DNA of 63,911 nucleotides, filler included, from Octopus bimaculoides (Eukaryota): assembly GCF_001194135.2 (NCBI RefSeq). It is 6 parts of 4 records of this genome, joined end to end, with 100 filler letters (N's around TTAATTAATTAA, not from the genome) between each part and the next. Parts side by side here need not be neighbours in the genome. Positions count along the whole stretch, not along the records: positions 1 to 14,983 come from NC_068981.1; positions 15,084 to 31,498 come from NC_068995.1; 4 more parts are not named here. One strand, written 5' to 3'. Positions 14,714-27,984 of the stretch are shown piece after piece. A model generated the notes under the pieces. It was given only the letters and a program-made list of their open reading frames with translations, searched no databases and was not told the DNA's origin. The position numbers were made by a program, and so were the translations under genes. Positions within the stretch are counted from its first letter, which is position 1. Each line of letters opens with the position of its first letter.

Positions 14714-14791
14714 TCATAACAGTATTCTCAACCAGTAAAAGGCTATATATTTTTTACTGAGATTTTAAACCCCTCTGTAGAATCAAAGTCA

Positions 14792-14846
<55 letters not shown>

Positions 14847-15083
14847 GTTTGTATATACTTGTGTGTGTATATATAAGTATGCACGTACACACACATGCAT
14901 TTTCAAAGAGGGAAATATCGCAGTACATATGTATATACGTATGTGGTGTATAAATATGAATAGATGTGACTGATTGTAAACATNNNNNNNNNNNNNNNNN
15001 NNNNNNNNNNNNNNNNNNNNNNNNNNNTTAATTAATTAANNNNNNNNNNNNNNNNNNNNNNNNNNNNNNNNNNNNNNNNNNNN

Positions 15084-15680
15084 GTCGAATTTAACTCGAT
15101 TTCGATTTCACTTGCCTCAACAGGTCTTCGCAAGTGGAGTTTAGTGTTCAATTTAACTTGATTTCGATTTCACTTGCCTTAACAGGTCTTCGCAAGTGGA
15201 GTTTAGTGTTCAATGAAGGAAGGTACGCATAAGTGGACTGGCTGAGGCCTTAGATTTAGGTCTCACTTGGCTTACCGGGTCTTCTCACGCACAGCATATT
15301 TCCAAAGGTCTTGGTCAGAAGTCATCGCCTTGGTGAGGTCCAATGTTTGAAGGTCGTGCCTCACCACCTCATCCCAAGTCTTCCAGGGCCTACCTCTTCC
15401 ACAGGTTCCCTCAACTGCTAGGGTGTGGCACTTTTTCACACAGCTATCCTCATCCATTCTCACTACATGACCATACCAGTGCAATCGTCTCTCTTGCACA
15501 CCACAACTTTTCTCTCAAGGTACTAATACTCTGTCTAATATGCACACTGACATTACAATCCATCGGAGCATACTGGCTTCATTTCTTGCGAGCCTATGCA
15601 TGTCCTCAGCAGTCACAGCCCATGTTTCACTGCCATGAAGCATGGCTGTTCGTACACATGCGTCATACAGTCTGCCTTAT
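15084..15680 (-). mobile_element. RTE-clade LINE 3' end
   Basis: QERRLHWYGHVVRMDEDSCVKKC...GRGRPWKTWDEVV C-terminal motif; 3' end carries a 62-bp tandem duplication. Confidence 0.85.
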
Positions 15681-17359
15681 ATATATATACATATANNNNN
15701 NNNNNNNNNNNNNNNNNNNNNNNNNNNNNNNNNNNNNNNNNNNNNNNNNNNNNNNNNNNNNNNNNNNNNNNNNNNNNNNNNNNNNNNNNNNNNNNNNNNN
15801 NNNNNNNNNNNNNNNNNNNNNNNNNNNNNNNNNNNNNNNNNNNNNNNNNNNNNNNNNNNNNNNNNNNNNNNNNNNNNNNNNNNNNNNNNNNNNNNNNNNN
15901 NNNNNNNNNNNNNNNNNNNNNNNNNNNNNNNNNNNNNNNNNNNNNNNNNNNNNNNNNNNNNNNNNNNNNNNNNNNNNNNNNNNNNNNNNNNNNNNNNNNN
16001 NNNNNNNNNNNNNNNNNNNNNNNNNNNNNNNNNNNNNNNNNNNNNNNNNNNNNNNNNNNNNNNNNNNNNNNNNNNNNNNNNNNNNNNNNNNNNNNNNNNN
16101 NNNNNNNNNNNNNNNNNNNNNNNNNNNNNNNNNNNNNNNNNNNNNNNNNNNNNNNNNNNNNNNNNNNNNNNNNNNNNNNNNNNNNNNNNNNNNNNNNNNN
16201 NNNNNNNNNNNNNNNNNNNNNNNNNNNNNNNNNNNNNNNNNNNNNNNNNNNNNNNNNNNNNNNNNNNNNNNNNNNNNNNNNNNNNNNNNNNNNNNNNNNN
16301 NNNNNNNNNNNNNNNNNNNNNNNNNNNNNNNNNNNNNNNNNNNNNNNNNNNNNNNNNNNNNNNNNNNNNNNNNNNNNNNNNNNNNNNNNNNNNNNNNNNN
16401 NNNNNNNNNNNNNNNNNNNNNNNNNNNNNNNNNNNNNNNNNNNNNNNNNNNNNNNNNNNNNNNNNNNNNNNNNNNNNNNNNNNNNNNNNNNNNNNNNNNN
16501 NNNNNNNTATATATATATATATCATTGACAATTATCAATAATATTAATACACTTAGTTTTTTATTTGTTTTTGTACACACCTGTGGTGCATCACACTTAC
16601 TTCAAAGGAAGAGGTAAAAAGGTTGAAGGGAGAGGTACAAAGAAAAAGAGAAATAAAAGGTATTAAGCAGAGGAGGTATACTTGAAGTGAGTGGCAAAGC
16701 AGGAGAGAGGGGAGGGACAGAAGCAGAGGAAGTATAGTTGAAGTGAAAGGCAAAGTAGCAAAGAGGAGGAAGTAAGAGGGAGTGAGAAAAAGAGAGAGAG
16801 AGAAGGGAGATTGATAGAGCTGAGAGGCAAGAGAAATATAATGTGTTAAACACAGGAGGACAGTTAGAAGCAAGGAGACATAGAAGGGAGGGTGGAAAAG
16901 AGAGAGATTTAGTGGAGGGAGGGAGTGGATAGAGAATAATAGTGAGAGAATGGAACCATTCTCATACAGAAAATGCTGGAAAATTTTACATTTTCAACAA
17001 TAAAGGTGTTGAAAATATGGAAAGTGCAAAAAGAAATGTTGCCTACCTATCTGTCTGTCTGTCTGTCTGTCAGTTATTCTGTCTGCCTCTCTTTCTAATG
17101 CACACTCTCTCTCCTCCTCTGTCTATCTCTCTCTCAGCAAATAGCTGTGGATGTTATTGTTATTTTTCTACAGTTGAAGGGAGAGGTAAAATGTTTATTG
17201 GTATTTTCAGAGTAGACTGATGCATACATCAAAAGAAAAGTAGCTACATAGATCAAAAGAAAAGTTGATACATAGATACATAAACCCATTGTTAAAGCAA
17301 AGACAAATAGCTACAGCAAATATTGGATGTCACTTTCACTTTTCATTACTATACAAGGA

Positions 17360-17460
17360 TAAAATTAACTTGCAAGTGGCTGAATACTCCACAGACACAC
17401 ATTCCATTAATGTAGTTCTCAGGGAGATTCAGCTTAACACAGAATATGACAATTACAAGT
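17360..17460 (-). mobile_element. SINE family C fragment
   Basis: AAGTGGCTGAATACTCCACAGACAC matches family C; a further piece lies at about 17836-17912. Confidence 0.65.
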
Positions 17461-18045
17461 ACACTTCAATTACAAGTACAATTCATTTTGGCAGCTGAGT
17501 GGACTGAAGCAAGATAAACCTTCAAGTGGTTGAAAGAAAATGAAAAACAGATCCTATATAGGGGCAGGAAAATCTTTTTAGTTGTTGGTCTCACTGTGGG
17601 TATTAATCTGGTTCTAACAGAGGCATTTGAAGGTCCCACAGATTTGGAGGCCAAGCCCCTTAGATAAACTCCATTGTGCAGGCTATTGTGATCAAATTGA
17701 GTGTGAGTCCAGGTCGAAGTCATGATATGATAGAATAGCTATTAATTCATATTGGCTTCCACTGATTATACTAAACACATGACATATTTGCCTTACAATA
17801 TGAAACATTTCCTTTTCTTTCACTCTTTTTTAAAAATGGCACTCAATCGCTTATGACAATGAGGTTCCTGTTTATCTGATCAACAGAACAGTCTGCTTGT
17901 AAAATTCATACAAAAACTAATGCAAATTTTGAATGGGCTATAGCTGTGAAAAGAGCCCAGAATAATGGGTAACACCCACTACAAAATGGGTGGGGAGAAA
18001 AGTTGCCAATGGGTGGCTACTCAAAATTCAACTCTATACTTTAAA

Positions 18046-18167
18046 GAGTGTCTTCTACTATAGCCTCAGGTTGACCAAAGCCTCGTGAGTGGATTTCATA
18101 GACGGAAACTGAAAGAAGCTCGTCATACATACATACATACATACATACATACATGCATATATACACA

Positions 18168-18210
<43 letters not shown>

Positions 18211-18460
18211 GTATATATTTATGTGTGCGTGCGTATTTGTGTCTGTGTTTATCCCACACATTGCTTGACAACCGATGTTCGTGTGTTTGCATCCCCGTGT
18301 TTGCATCCCCATAACTTAGCTGTTCAGTAAAAAAGATTGATAGAATAAGCACAAGGCTTACAGGGAATAAGTCCAGGGGTCGATTTCTTGAATTAATGGG
18401 CGGTGCTCCAGCATGGCCACCATCAAATGGCTGAAACAAGTAAAAGAATACGAGAAGAAC
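18046..18460 (+). mobile_element. SINE family A, 5'-truncated
   Basis: Homology to other copies; internal (TACA)n/(CA)n. Confidence 0.85.
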
Positions 18461-18692
18461 GTTCCATACCACAAAACCAAGAAGTATCTTTGAATATGTA
18501 CGATGTATTTTAATGCTAAATAGTAATTCTGTTTACGTTTGCGTAACTGAGATATTTTGGTTAGATTATATAGTTATTGGTTTTACACTTCTTTCTATAT
18601 TCTGTAAATGTCACAAAATAGAAACATTTCTCATGGCGCCAGCACACAATTTACAGATGCTTACATTTTTTGTTTTCCATGAAGTGTGTATA

Positions 18693-19790
18693 TCTTAATA
18701 TATAAAGCTGAAGTTGTGTGTCTGTGTGAAGCCTTTTTAAAAGTGTATAGAAATCCACATTTTCCACTTTTTCATAAAATTTTTTACATCAATGGAATTT
18801 TCNNNNNNNNNNNNNNNNNNNNNNNNNNNNNNNNNNNNNNNNNNNNNNNNNNNNNNNNNNNNNNNNNNNNNNNNNNNNNNNNNNNNNNNNNNNNNNNNNN
18901 NNNNNNNNNNNNNNNNNNNNNNNNNNNNNNNNNNNNNNNNNNNNNNNNNNNNNNNNNNNNNNNNNNNNNNNNNNNNNNNNNNNNNNNNNNNNNNNNNNNN
19001 NNNNNNNNNNNNNNNNNNNNNNNNNNNNNNNNNNNNNNNNNNNNNNNNNNNNNNNNNNNNNNNNNNNNNNNNNNNNNNNNNNNNNNNNNNNNNNNNNNNN
19101 NNNNNNNNNNNNNNNNNNNNNNNNNNNNNNNNNNNNNNNNNNNNNNNNNNNNNNNNNNNNNNNNNNNNNNNNNNNNNNNNNNNNNNNNNNNNNNNNNNNN
19201 NNNNNNNNNNNNNNNNNNNNNNNNNNNNNNNNNNNNNNNNNNNNNNNNNNNNNNNNNNNNNNNNNNNNNNNNNNNNNNNNNNNNNNNNNNNNNNNNNNNN
19301 NNNNNNNNNNNNNNNNNNNNNNNNNNNNNNNNNNNNNNNNNNNNNNNNNNNNNNNNNNNNNNNNNNNNNNNNNNNNNNNNNNNNNNNNNNNNNNNNNNNN
19401 NNNNNNNNNNNNNNNNNNNNNNNNNNNNNNNNNNNNNNNNNNNNNNNNNNNNNNNNNNNNNNNNNNNNNNNNNNNNNNNNNNNNNNNNNNNNNNNNNNNN
19501 NNNNNNNNNNNNNNNNNNNNNNNNNNNNNNNNNNNNNNNNNNNNNNNNNNNNNNNNNNNNNNNNNNNNNNNNNNNNNNNNNNNNNNNNNNNNNNNNNNNN
19601 NNNNNNNNNNNNNNNNNNNNNNNNNNNNNNNNNNNNNNNNNNNNNNNNNNNNNNNNNNNNNNNNNNNNNNNNNNNNNNNNNNNNNNNNNNNNNNNNNNNN
19701 NNNNNNNNNNNNNNNNNNNNNNNNNNNNNNNNNNNNNNNNNNNNNNNNNNNNNNNNNNNNNNNNNNNNNNNNNNNNNNNNNNNNNNNNNN

Positions 19791-19831
<41 letters not shown>

Positions 19832-19930
19832 TTTTACTCTTACTCTCTATATTATATGTTGAGCGCGTAATTACTGCACTGGAAAGTTCACATCGAAAAA
19901 ATTCCATTGATGTAAAAATTTTAAAATTCC
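18693..19930 (+). mobile_element. Putative non-autonomous Helitron 5' part spanning a gap
   Basis: A|TCTTAATATATAAAGCTGAAGTTG resembles a Helitron 5' TC end; TTTTACATCAATGGAATTTTC (about 18782-18802) recurs inverted at about 19895-19920. Confidence 0.4.
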
Positions 19931-20009
19931 GTTTACTTTGTGTGATTTAAGGGAGATTTGGCTGTTGTTTCTTGCAACTTTTATATTTCTTCCCTTCTAC
20001 CTGTACACA

Positions 20010-20612
20010 CAATCATTGACGACAATATGTTCGTCAATGTTTGGTAAATATACCACGATTTTCACTAGGGTGTTAGAGTTAGGGTTTTAGGGTCAGGGTT
20101 AGGGTTTTAGGGTTAGGGTTAGGGCTTAGGGTTAGTGTTAGTGTTAGGTTTAGGGTTTTAGGGTTAGGGTTGGGTAATCGTGCGGGTATTAGTCTGAAAA
20201 ATTACAGAAATGTGCAAAGTACCGACCCTGTCATCTATTATAACTTTTGTTGTTCTGTTTAATATATACATAGATTATGCCTCCAAAGAAGAGAGTTTGC
20301 TGGGGAAAGAAAGCAACTGGTTTAAAATGACAGCAACAGACTGCAGCAATTCACCACATTCCAGAAGCTACTTTAAACATAATGCAAAATGGTGCATCAA
20401 CGTCTTCTGCCCAATCTCATAGAATTCTGGCAAAACTGTGTAGCAACAGATCGCCAGCAATTGCTTCATCAGAAATTGCCATCGTAGCCCCTGCTAAAAG
20501 GGATTACTCTGCTATGTATAATCAGAGCAGTGCAAAAAGTTGTTTTGCACAAGCATTTCTATAGCCAATTAGACGGATGAAATTTACGTACGCTTAATAA
20601 TGTTACGCCATC
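20010..20612 (+). mobile_element. Possible Helitron2/Helentron-like 5' fragment with a TTAGGG-like array
   Basis: 9-bp hairpin at 20014-20039, degenerate (TTAGGG)n at 20066-20175, and a broken ORF starting MPPKKR at 20277. Confidence 0.3.
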
Positions 20613-21049
20613 NNNNNNNNNNNNNNNNNNNNNNNNNNNNNNNNNNNNNNNNNNNNNNNNNNNNNNNNNNNNNNNNNNNNNNNNNNNNNNNNNNNNNNNN
20701 NNNNNNNNNNNNNNNNNNNNNNNNNNNNNNNNNNNNNNNNNNNNNNNNNNNNNNNNNNNNNNNNNNNNNNNNNNNNNNNNNNNNNNNNNNNNNNNNNNNN
20801 NNNNNNNNNNNNNNNNNNNNNNNNNNNNNNNNNNNNNNNNNNNNNNNNNNNNNNNNNNNNNNNNNNNNNNNNNNNNNNNNNNNNNNNNNNNNNNNNNNNN
20901 NNNNNNNNNNNNNNNNNNNNNNNNNNNNNNNNNNNNNNATATATAACATAGAAACATTATTATTTCTAAATTTCTCAAAGAGAGATGTTCTTTAAAGTAA
21001 AAGGCTATTTGCCAACATAATGTGGCCGTTCTGGGAGGGATGATTGTTA

Positions 21050-21284
21050 CTGTTGTTTAGCCCAGGCAAACATTGTTTGCAGCTCGCTACACGACACAAT
21101 ATCTGTGTCCTTATACTTTCGAACAGCTACTCTGCGTTGATAAAGGCTAATAACCCAGGAACCGGTCCACAGATGCTGCTTTGTGCTGGATGGTGTTGCT
21201 GAACTCCCTGTTCGAAAATATAAGGACACCGATATTGTGTCATATAGCCAGCTGGAAACGATGTTTCCTGGGACTAAACAACAG
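21050..21284. mobile_element. TA-flanked MITE with about 78-bp imperfect TIRs
   Basis: TA|CTGTTGTTTAG...CTAAACAACAG|TA; the arms are reverse complements at roughly 85% identity. Confidence 0.8.
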
Positions 21285-23849
21285 TACTAATCGTCCCTTC
21301 GAGGACAGCCACATTATGTTAAATTATAGTTTTATAATATGGTTAAATTATAGTTTTATAATTGTCAACGAGAAAGTACAGGAAGGAGGAGGTGGCAGAT
21401 GTAGTGTGAAGAGAATGAGAAGTAGGAAGGAATGAAGACACTCATAGAGAAAATGCAGAATATAGAAAAGAGAACGAAGGAATAAATGAAGAGGTAATGA
21501 AAGTAAAAATAATTGAAAGAAAAAGAATTGACTAAAGGAAAGAGGAAAGAAGGGAAGAACAGTGAAACGGTGAAGTGTATTGAAGTGAACTAACTAGGAG
21601 AAGACAACCACAAAAAAAAGTAAAGCAAACTAAGGAAGACGCGGCAACTGCAACTCACTCTGCATAGAGCTTTTTACATTGCATGCACAGTTTCAAAGCT
21701 TTTATTTATGTATGTAAATGTCAACACTGTCACCCACAACAATTACAAGCTGATAAATGCAAAAAACAAAACAATAACATCAGGAAGAGATGTAAGTCGA
21801 CACCAACAGTTTTGTTTCTGTTTTGATTTCCAGCATATCATAAATATTACAAATTACATGGGATCTTGACAAGGTTTGTTGTTTTCGAAATTCAGGTAAG
21901 AAGATTTCTCTCTTATCAACTTCGGTCCCGATTTGTTTGTGTTGTTGAACCTCTGTGTGTAGTCTAACAAGTTATATTATTTTGCTGTGTCCTCACTATA
22001 CTTCCGAAACTACTTGGATTTCACTTACCTACTGTAACAAATAGTCTGGCTAAATATGTTATGTGATTTTTAAGCGACGTTGTTACTTAAATCATAATAA
22101 AGTACTTTCTTCTCAAGTTATTCTTTAAATAAGAATTTTGTCTTGAATTATGCAAATAGTTGCAAGATACACAAAGACGTGTATATAACAAAAATATCTT
22201 TTTATAATTAATTTATCTTGACCCTTTATTAGGGAAAATGACGTACACACTGCAATACAAGATATTCAACATATATAGACACAAAATAACTCGTTATTAT
22301 ACCAGTAGCTATTAAGGTAAATACCGACACATGCATTAGGGAAGTCAGGTGTTTGCTTCTGTTACTTTACTCCGCCTTGCTTTCTCTCTATCTCTTCCTA
22401 CTCTCGTATAATAATTCTTTTGCGTATTTTCTTTTGTATCCATATTTTATATTTCGTAGATTGTATATTCTGTATCACCTCTCGTTTTAATTCCCAAAAC
22501 CATTCACATGTGTAAATGAACATGTATTTCACTTAAGTTGCTTATCATGGAAAATGTGTCTTACCACTTCACTCTTATTAAATTTGAAACGTTATATTTA
22601 TGTTTAAAGTGTATGTGGGTGTGCACCAAAATAACTAGTTGCGATGAGTTAGTCTACTGTATTCTGGTTGGAAATTGTTTGCAGTAAAAGTCTTTAAAAC
22701 ACCTACGCTGGTTTTGTGATGCCTAAATTTTGTATGTGAGCAAAAAGTCTTTTAATTCTGCTGCACATTGTCATTGACATGCTAGAAATAACTTCCACAT
22801 TCTCCTCAAATTGCATAACTACAGTCTTGCAAAAGGACGAGAAGGTCATATTAGATAATGTTGTCCCACATACCCCTCTTGACGTGAATAGTTCGAAATC
22901 TCTCATACGCTGGCACATAGAGATCTAGTATTAGACATACAACCTCGTCTTTAAACATACACACCGATTTACACGCACTCGTAAGTACACGCATGTATTT
23001 GCTCTGATATAGACAGAACTTACAATCTTTAAAGGCTCTCTCAGAACCGAGGTGGAGGCGAGCTGGCGAAGTTATAGTTTGAACTGTTGAAGGTCATAAA
23101 TTGTAGATGTGTGTTTTTGGGAGCATAAAGGATTAGGTGTAGAGAGTGACAAAAAAAAAAAAAGTTATTTCAGAGGACCTTCTGAGAACTTTGGTGGTTG
23201 TTTAGCCGTTGGTCAGCATTTATTGAGCAGACCTATCAGGCAAAGCAGTCCAGCAGTGATCATACTGTCACTATAGGAATAGGACTACATTATCTAATGT
23301 GACTGCACCCTTTTTTGAAAGATTTTTGAGAGGGATTTGGATGTTATTTCGTGTAAGCCAATGACCATGAAGAGCAAGAATGAAAGTATCTTTGCTCACA
23401 TGCAAAATTTTACCTACTTTCAAATTTGAAACAACTCCTTGACAAAGTTTCAAACAATCCATATGAACAAACAAAAAGAGTTTTAACCTTAATACCAAAA
23501 TAATAATTTAATATAAGTTGCATACTTATAAACTCAACACAATGAATGCCAACTGACTCTTATGCACTTGCATTTATCACTAGTACAAAAAAAAGCTCCT
23601 CACACCTGATGTAGAGACTATCTTATTGGCACATCATCAGTCAGGTGGACAATATGCAAGTGTATGGCTAAACATATGTTCTTATTGATAGATATGCTCA
23701 CTTATGTATCTATGAAGATATTAGTCGGAGTTGCCAAACTATTACTATGAATATTGTATATTGTAAATTATGTCATTTATATGTGAATATTGGTACATGC
23801 TTTTCATGTTTGCATGTGACTAAGTACATTTAAAGTGGCTATAATTCTC

Positions 23850-24065
23850 CTTTCTACTATAGGTACAAGGTCTGAAATTTGGGAGTGGGGATAAGTTGAA
23901 TACATCAATCCCAGTGTGTAACTGGTACTTGATTTATCGATCCCAAAAGGATGAAAAGTAAAGTTGACCTTGGCAAAATTTGAACTCAGAATGTAATGGC
24001 AGATGAAATATTGCTAAGCATTTCACTCTGCATGCTAATGATCCTGCCAGCTCACTGCCTTAAGG
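23850..24065 (-). mobile_element. SINE family B
   Basis: Reverse-complement homology to 8277-8490. Confidence 0.85.
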
Positions 24066-24847
24066 TGGCTGTTAATTCTATCAGCAATTCAACCTGTCAG
24101 TTGATTGATCCTTCTGGTCATGTGAAAATAACAATATTTTGTTAAAGTATGAGACAAAACTACAATGGCATCACTGTTGACTGGTTTTGAATTTATTTTT
24201 AATAAAAAGAAGAGAGTAATCATGATGAACATAGTTGTTGAAAGGAGGTAAGATTTATTTTTTTTATCAAGAACCAGTATTGAAGATTGTCTAGGAAGAC
24301 AAAAACTGGGAGAGGACACTTTAGGAGAAAATAAGTTGTGAATTTGGGGCAGCTTGGTGAATGTACCAGTCATTTTCACAGTGACTATGCACAGTTTTCA
24401 CTCTTGTAATGAGGATCTTGGATTTATAATAGGTCTGGTAGTAATGGAAATTGGCAAAAGGAGCCAGTCTGAATATTGGAAGCTTCTAGTTAGAACTCAT
24501 ATCAGCAGTAAAGTAATGGTCATTGGCAGCTAGGTTTGTGTGTATACCATTCCCACTTATACAAAATATATGGATATAAATTGGCAACTTGACAAAGCAA
24601 CCTAACTAATGAATGACACCAATAGCTAGTGAACTTAGACATTATATGGTTCACTTAATGAAACTTCGAAAAGGTTTCCTTAAGGTTGGTGAGGGCTATA
24701 TTTGTCTGGAGCAACTGCTCCGAAAGTGGACATCATCAACATGGCATCAACTTTGTTATGAGAAACAGCTATCTAAACCATCTGTGGCACTTGCTGGTAA
24801 TAATGAGTGGCTAATGTTACCCTATATTTACCTTACAGGAAGCCATT

Positions 24848-25505
24848 CATCATCATCATCATTTAACATCTGCTTTCCATGCTGGCATGGATTGGACAGT
24901 TTGACATGGAGCTGGCTAGCAGGGACCTGTCCAGATTCCAACTGTCTGTTATGGCATGGTTTCTATGGCTGGATGTCCTTCCTAATGCCAACCACTTAAC
25001 AGAGTCTGCTGGGTGCTTTTTATGTGCCACCAGCATGGGTGCATTTGTGCAGCACCAGCACGGGTGCTTTTTAAGTGGCACTGGCTCCTGAGAGTACAAG
25101 CCTGTATGTGTGGAAGATAGTGATTTTATTTAGTTTGACGTGTTTTACCATTTCTCCCGATCCCTTGTCATTTCCTCAATGAGGGTCAATGTCTGAAGAT
25201 CCTTTCTCATCACTTTGTCCTATGTCTTTCTGGGTCTACTCCTGTCACAGGTACCCTCCACAATTAGAGAATGGCACTTCTATATGCGTCACATGATCAA
25301 ACCAGTGCAGTCTTCTCTCTTGGATACATCATCTGATGCTTCTTATACCCAGTTTCCTTCTTAAATCATTTACTCTCTTGTGCATGCACACTGACATTAC
25401 CCATCCAGCAGAGCATGCTAGCTTCATTTCTTTCAAGCCTTTGCAGGGTGCATGTTTCACAGCCATGTAACATAGCTGTACATATACAAGCTTCATACAA
25501 TTTGC
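24848..25505 (-). mobile_element. RTE LINE 3' end with 3' UTR and (GAT)n tail
   Basis: Degenerate GRGKLYEACICTAMLHG...ERNEASML frames; the UTR recurs at 26240-26640 and 51610-51800. Confidence 0.75.
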
Positions 25506-26239
25506 CCTTCCCACGGACATTAAATGATGATGGTGAAGTAAGGAGGAGCTGGCTATAGATAGTGTACTTGGACATTGGGATATGTTTGTAATACATATTG
25601 GTTACTGTACCATGCAAAATAAAAAATAAGTGGAGGATCAGGGTCATTTCAGTTTCAGAAAGCTTGATTTGATGCACTAGTTATACTAGCAGGGCAAAGA
25701 CAACTTCTATCAGTTGAGGAGGTGCTGACTAAAATATCAAAAGGTGACAAAATCTTTTTTTCCAAGTTTGAATGTACATCAACATAGTAAATATAAATGC
25801 ACATAGCGTTATTTCAGTTAGTGCTATTTAGCATCCTTTTAATTAATACATCTGTGTGTGTGTTTGTGTGTGTGTGTGAATATATATGTACAAAACGTAG
25901 TAAATGCTGAATAGAGGTGAGAAGCAAAGAAATCAAAGAGGTAAAAGAATACATCTATTTGAAACATGCAGTGAATATGCACTGAGATATGGATGCTGAA
26001 ATCTCTAAGAGAATAAGGGGCAATAGCATTGTCCTACCTGCATTCCCTCTCACTTGATATTCATTTATATATATATATATATATNNNNNNNNNNNNNNNN
26101 NNNNNNNNNNNNNNNNNNNNNNNNNNNNNNNNNNNNNNNNNNNNNNNNNNNNNNNNNNNNNNNNNNNNNNNNNNNNNNNNNNNNNNNNNNNNNNNNNNNN
26201 NNNNNNNNNNNNNNNNNNNNNNNNNNTATATATATCATT

Positions 26240-26640
26240 ATCATTATCATCATCATTTAATGTCCATCTTCCATGCATGCATGGGTAGGACAGTTGACAG
26301 GAGCTGGCCAAGTGGAAAATTTAGCCAAGGCTATTGTCTGTTTTGGCAGTAATTTTACAGGTGAATGCTCTTTCTAACACCAATCACTCTGCAGAGTGGA
26401 CTCAGTGCTTTTTACATGGCACTAGCACAAGCAAAGCTAGTTTTGGCAAGATTTTTACAGCTGGATTTCCTTCCCGATGCCAACCACATTACAGTGTGAA
26501 CTGAATGCTTTTAATGTGGCATCAGCACTGGCAGTTGTAATCAAGTAACTCGTAAGACAAGGAATTATGAGAGGGGCAGGGCATTTGTGTCAGAGGATGA
26601 AAGTTAGAGTGTGACAAAGAGACAGAAGCAAGGCAAGTGT
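26240..26640 (-). mobile_element. RTE-type 3' UTR fragment
   Basis: Homology to 24848-25100. Confidence 0.7.
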
Positions 26641-26970
26641 CTTGCCACAGCAGAAGAGGCATTAGAAGAGGTGCTCCAGTATCAAATGGTGAAAGGTTAG
26701 AGTGTTACAGAGAAATACAGAGGCAGAAATAGGTGTTTTACTATAGAGGAGGTACATGGTTACCCAGAGAGAGAGAGAGTGAGTGAGAGAGGTACAGAAA
26801 GAGGCCAGAAACAAGTGTGCTGATGTAAAGGTAATACTTAGTTACCTAGTCAGAGGAAAAACAAAAGGAGAGAGAGAGTGATGAAAGGGAAAGAAAAAGA
26901 CAGTAGGAAATAGCAAAAGTGTAAGAGAGAGCAGAAGAGAGATGGTGTAGTTCTAGGGTATACTTAGAAG

Positions 26971-27762
26971 GGATCTTTCTGATTTGACGGGCACCACTTG
27001 TTTTCTTAACGAAACACTTTCAAACTTGGGATACTGGTAGAATGTGTCATATAAAACAACTTTTTCTCTTAGCCTTCTTAACAAAAAATTGTACATTGCA
27101 AGTTATTTCATGTTAAAGTTGTCGTATTTCTGTAATTTCAACCAATCACTGACATCTATTCAACTGAATATAGTTACTGCTGTTTTTGTAAACAATAATT
27201 TTTGCCGGTGTCAAGAGTGTTATTCCCTGTTTAATTATATCATTATTCCCTAGTAAGGGTTTAGCGTTTTAGGGTTGGGGTTAGGGTTATGGTTATGAGT
27301 TATAAGGTTTTAGGGTTAGAGTTATGAGTGAGGTTATGGCAAAAATAATCATAACTCTAACCGTAACCCTAAAACTAACCCTAACTCTAAAACCCGAACC
27401 CTAACCCTAAAGCTAAAACCAGTACAAACGCACGAATGATGTCATAAATAACAGTACCACCGATAGTTGTTGTTGACAAACTATGGCACTAATTTTATTC
27501 AAGGGAAAAGATCCCATGATACCGTTAGAACATGTTGTTTACATTCCACGGCAGTAATTGTTTTCACCTCAATAGACGTCAGTGATTGGTTAAAATTACC
27601 GAAATACGACAATTTTTTACATGAAATAACTTCGAATACAAAAATTTTTATCTGTTCTATAACACAAAATATACAAGTATATGAAGTTTGAAAGTGTTTC
27701 GGTACCAAAAACACTTCATAAAACATAAATGAAAAGTGTTGCCCGTCAAATCAGAAAGATCC
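26971..27762. mobile_element. Non-autonomous TIR DNA transposon with internal convergent TTAGGG-like arrays
   Basis: Terminal IR GGATCTTTCTGATTTGACGGGCA (23 bp perfect) within about 250-bp imperfect arms; flanking direct repeat CTTAGAAG at 26963-26970 and 27763-27770. Confidence 0.85.
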
Positions 27763-27984
27763 CTTAGAAGTAACAAGAATATGAGCATAGAACCTGGTTA
27801 GAAAAATAGGGAGTGGGTGTGGGGAGCAGTGATACAGTGAGCATGGCAGTGAGTGCAAGAAAGATGTATGAGAAAGAAATGTGAAGAAGAGAACGATGTA
27901 ATTAGAACAGGAGTTGTTTGATTTCTTAGGGTAGAGTGAGTGAAAAGTATGTTGTTACATGTGGGTGGGACACAACTCTTCTAG

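Noticed and set aside
22703-23410. Inverted paralogous segments (about 22726-22868 and 23281-23410) resembling head-to-head gene exons, including ORF 22703-22918
   Set aside because: The same motif recurs at about 19941-19973 and 5000-5020, so both are old copies of a dispersed repeat; the frames are not jointly open
21834-24247. Isolated candidate exons (21834-21895 and about 24165-24247, with GTAAGA donors)
   Set aside because: No recognisable product, no compatible neighbouring exons, and such splice-like motifs are common in AT-rich DNA
20066-27420. True telomere or chromosome-fusion scar
   Set aside because: The arrays are short, degenerate and embedded in mobile-element structures with TIR/TSD or hairpin
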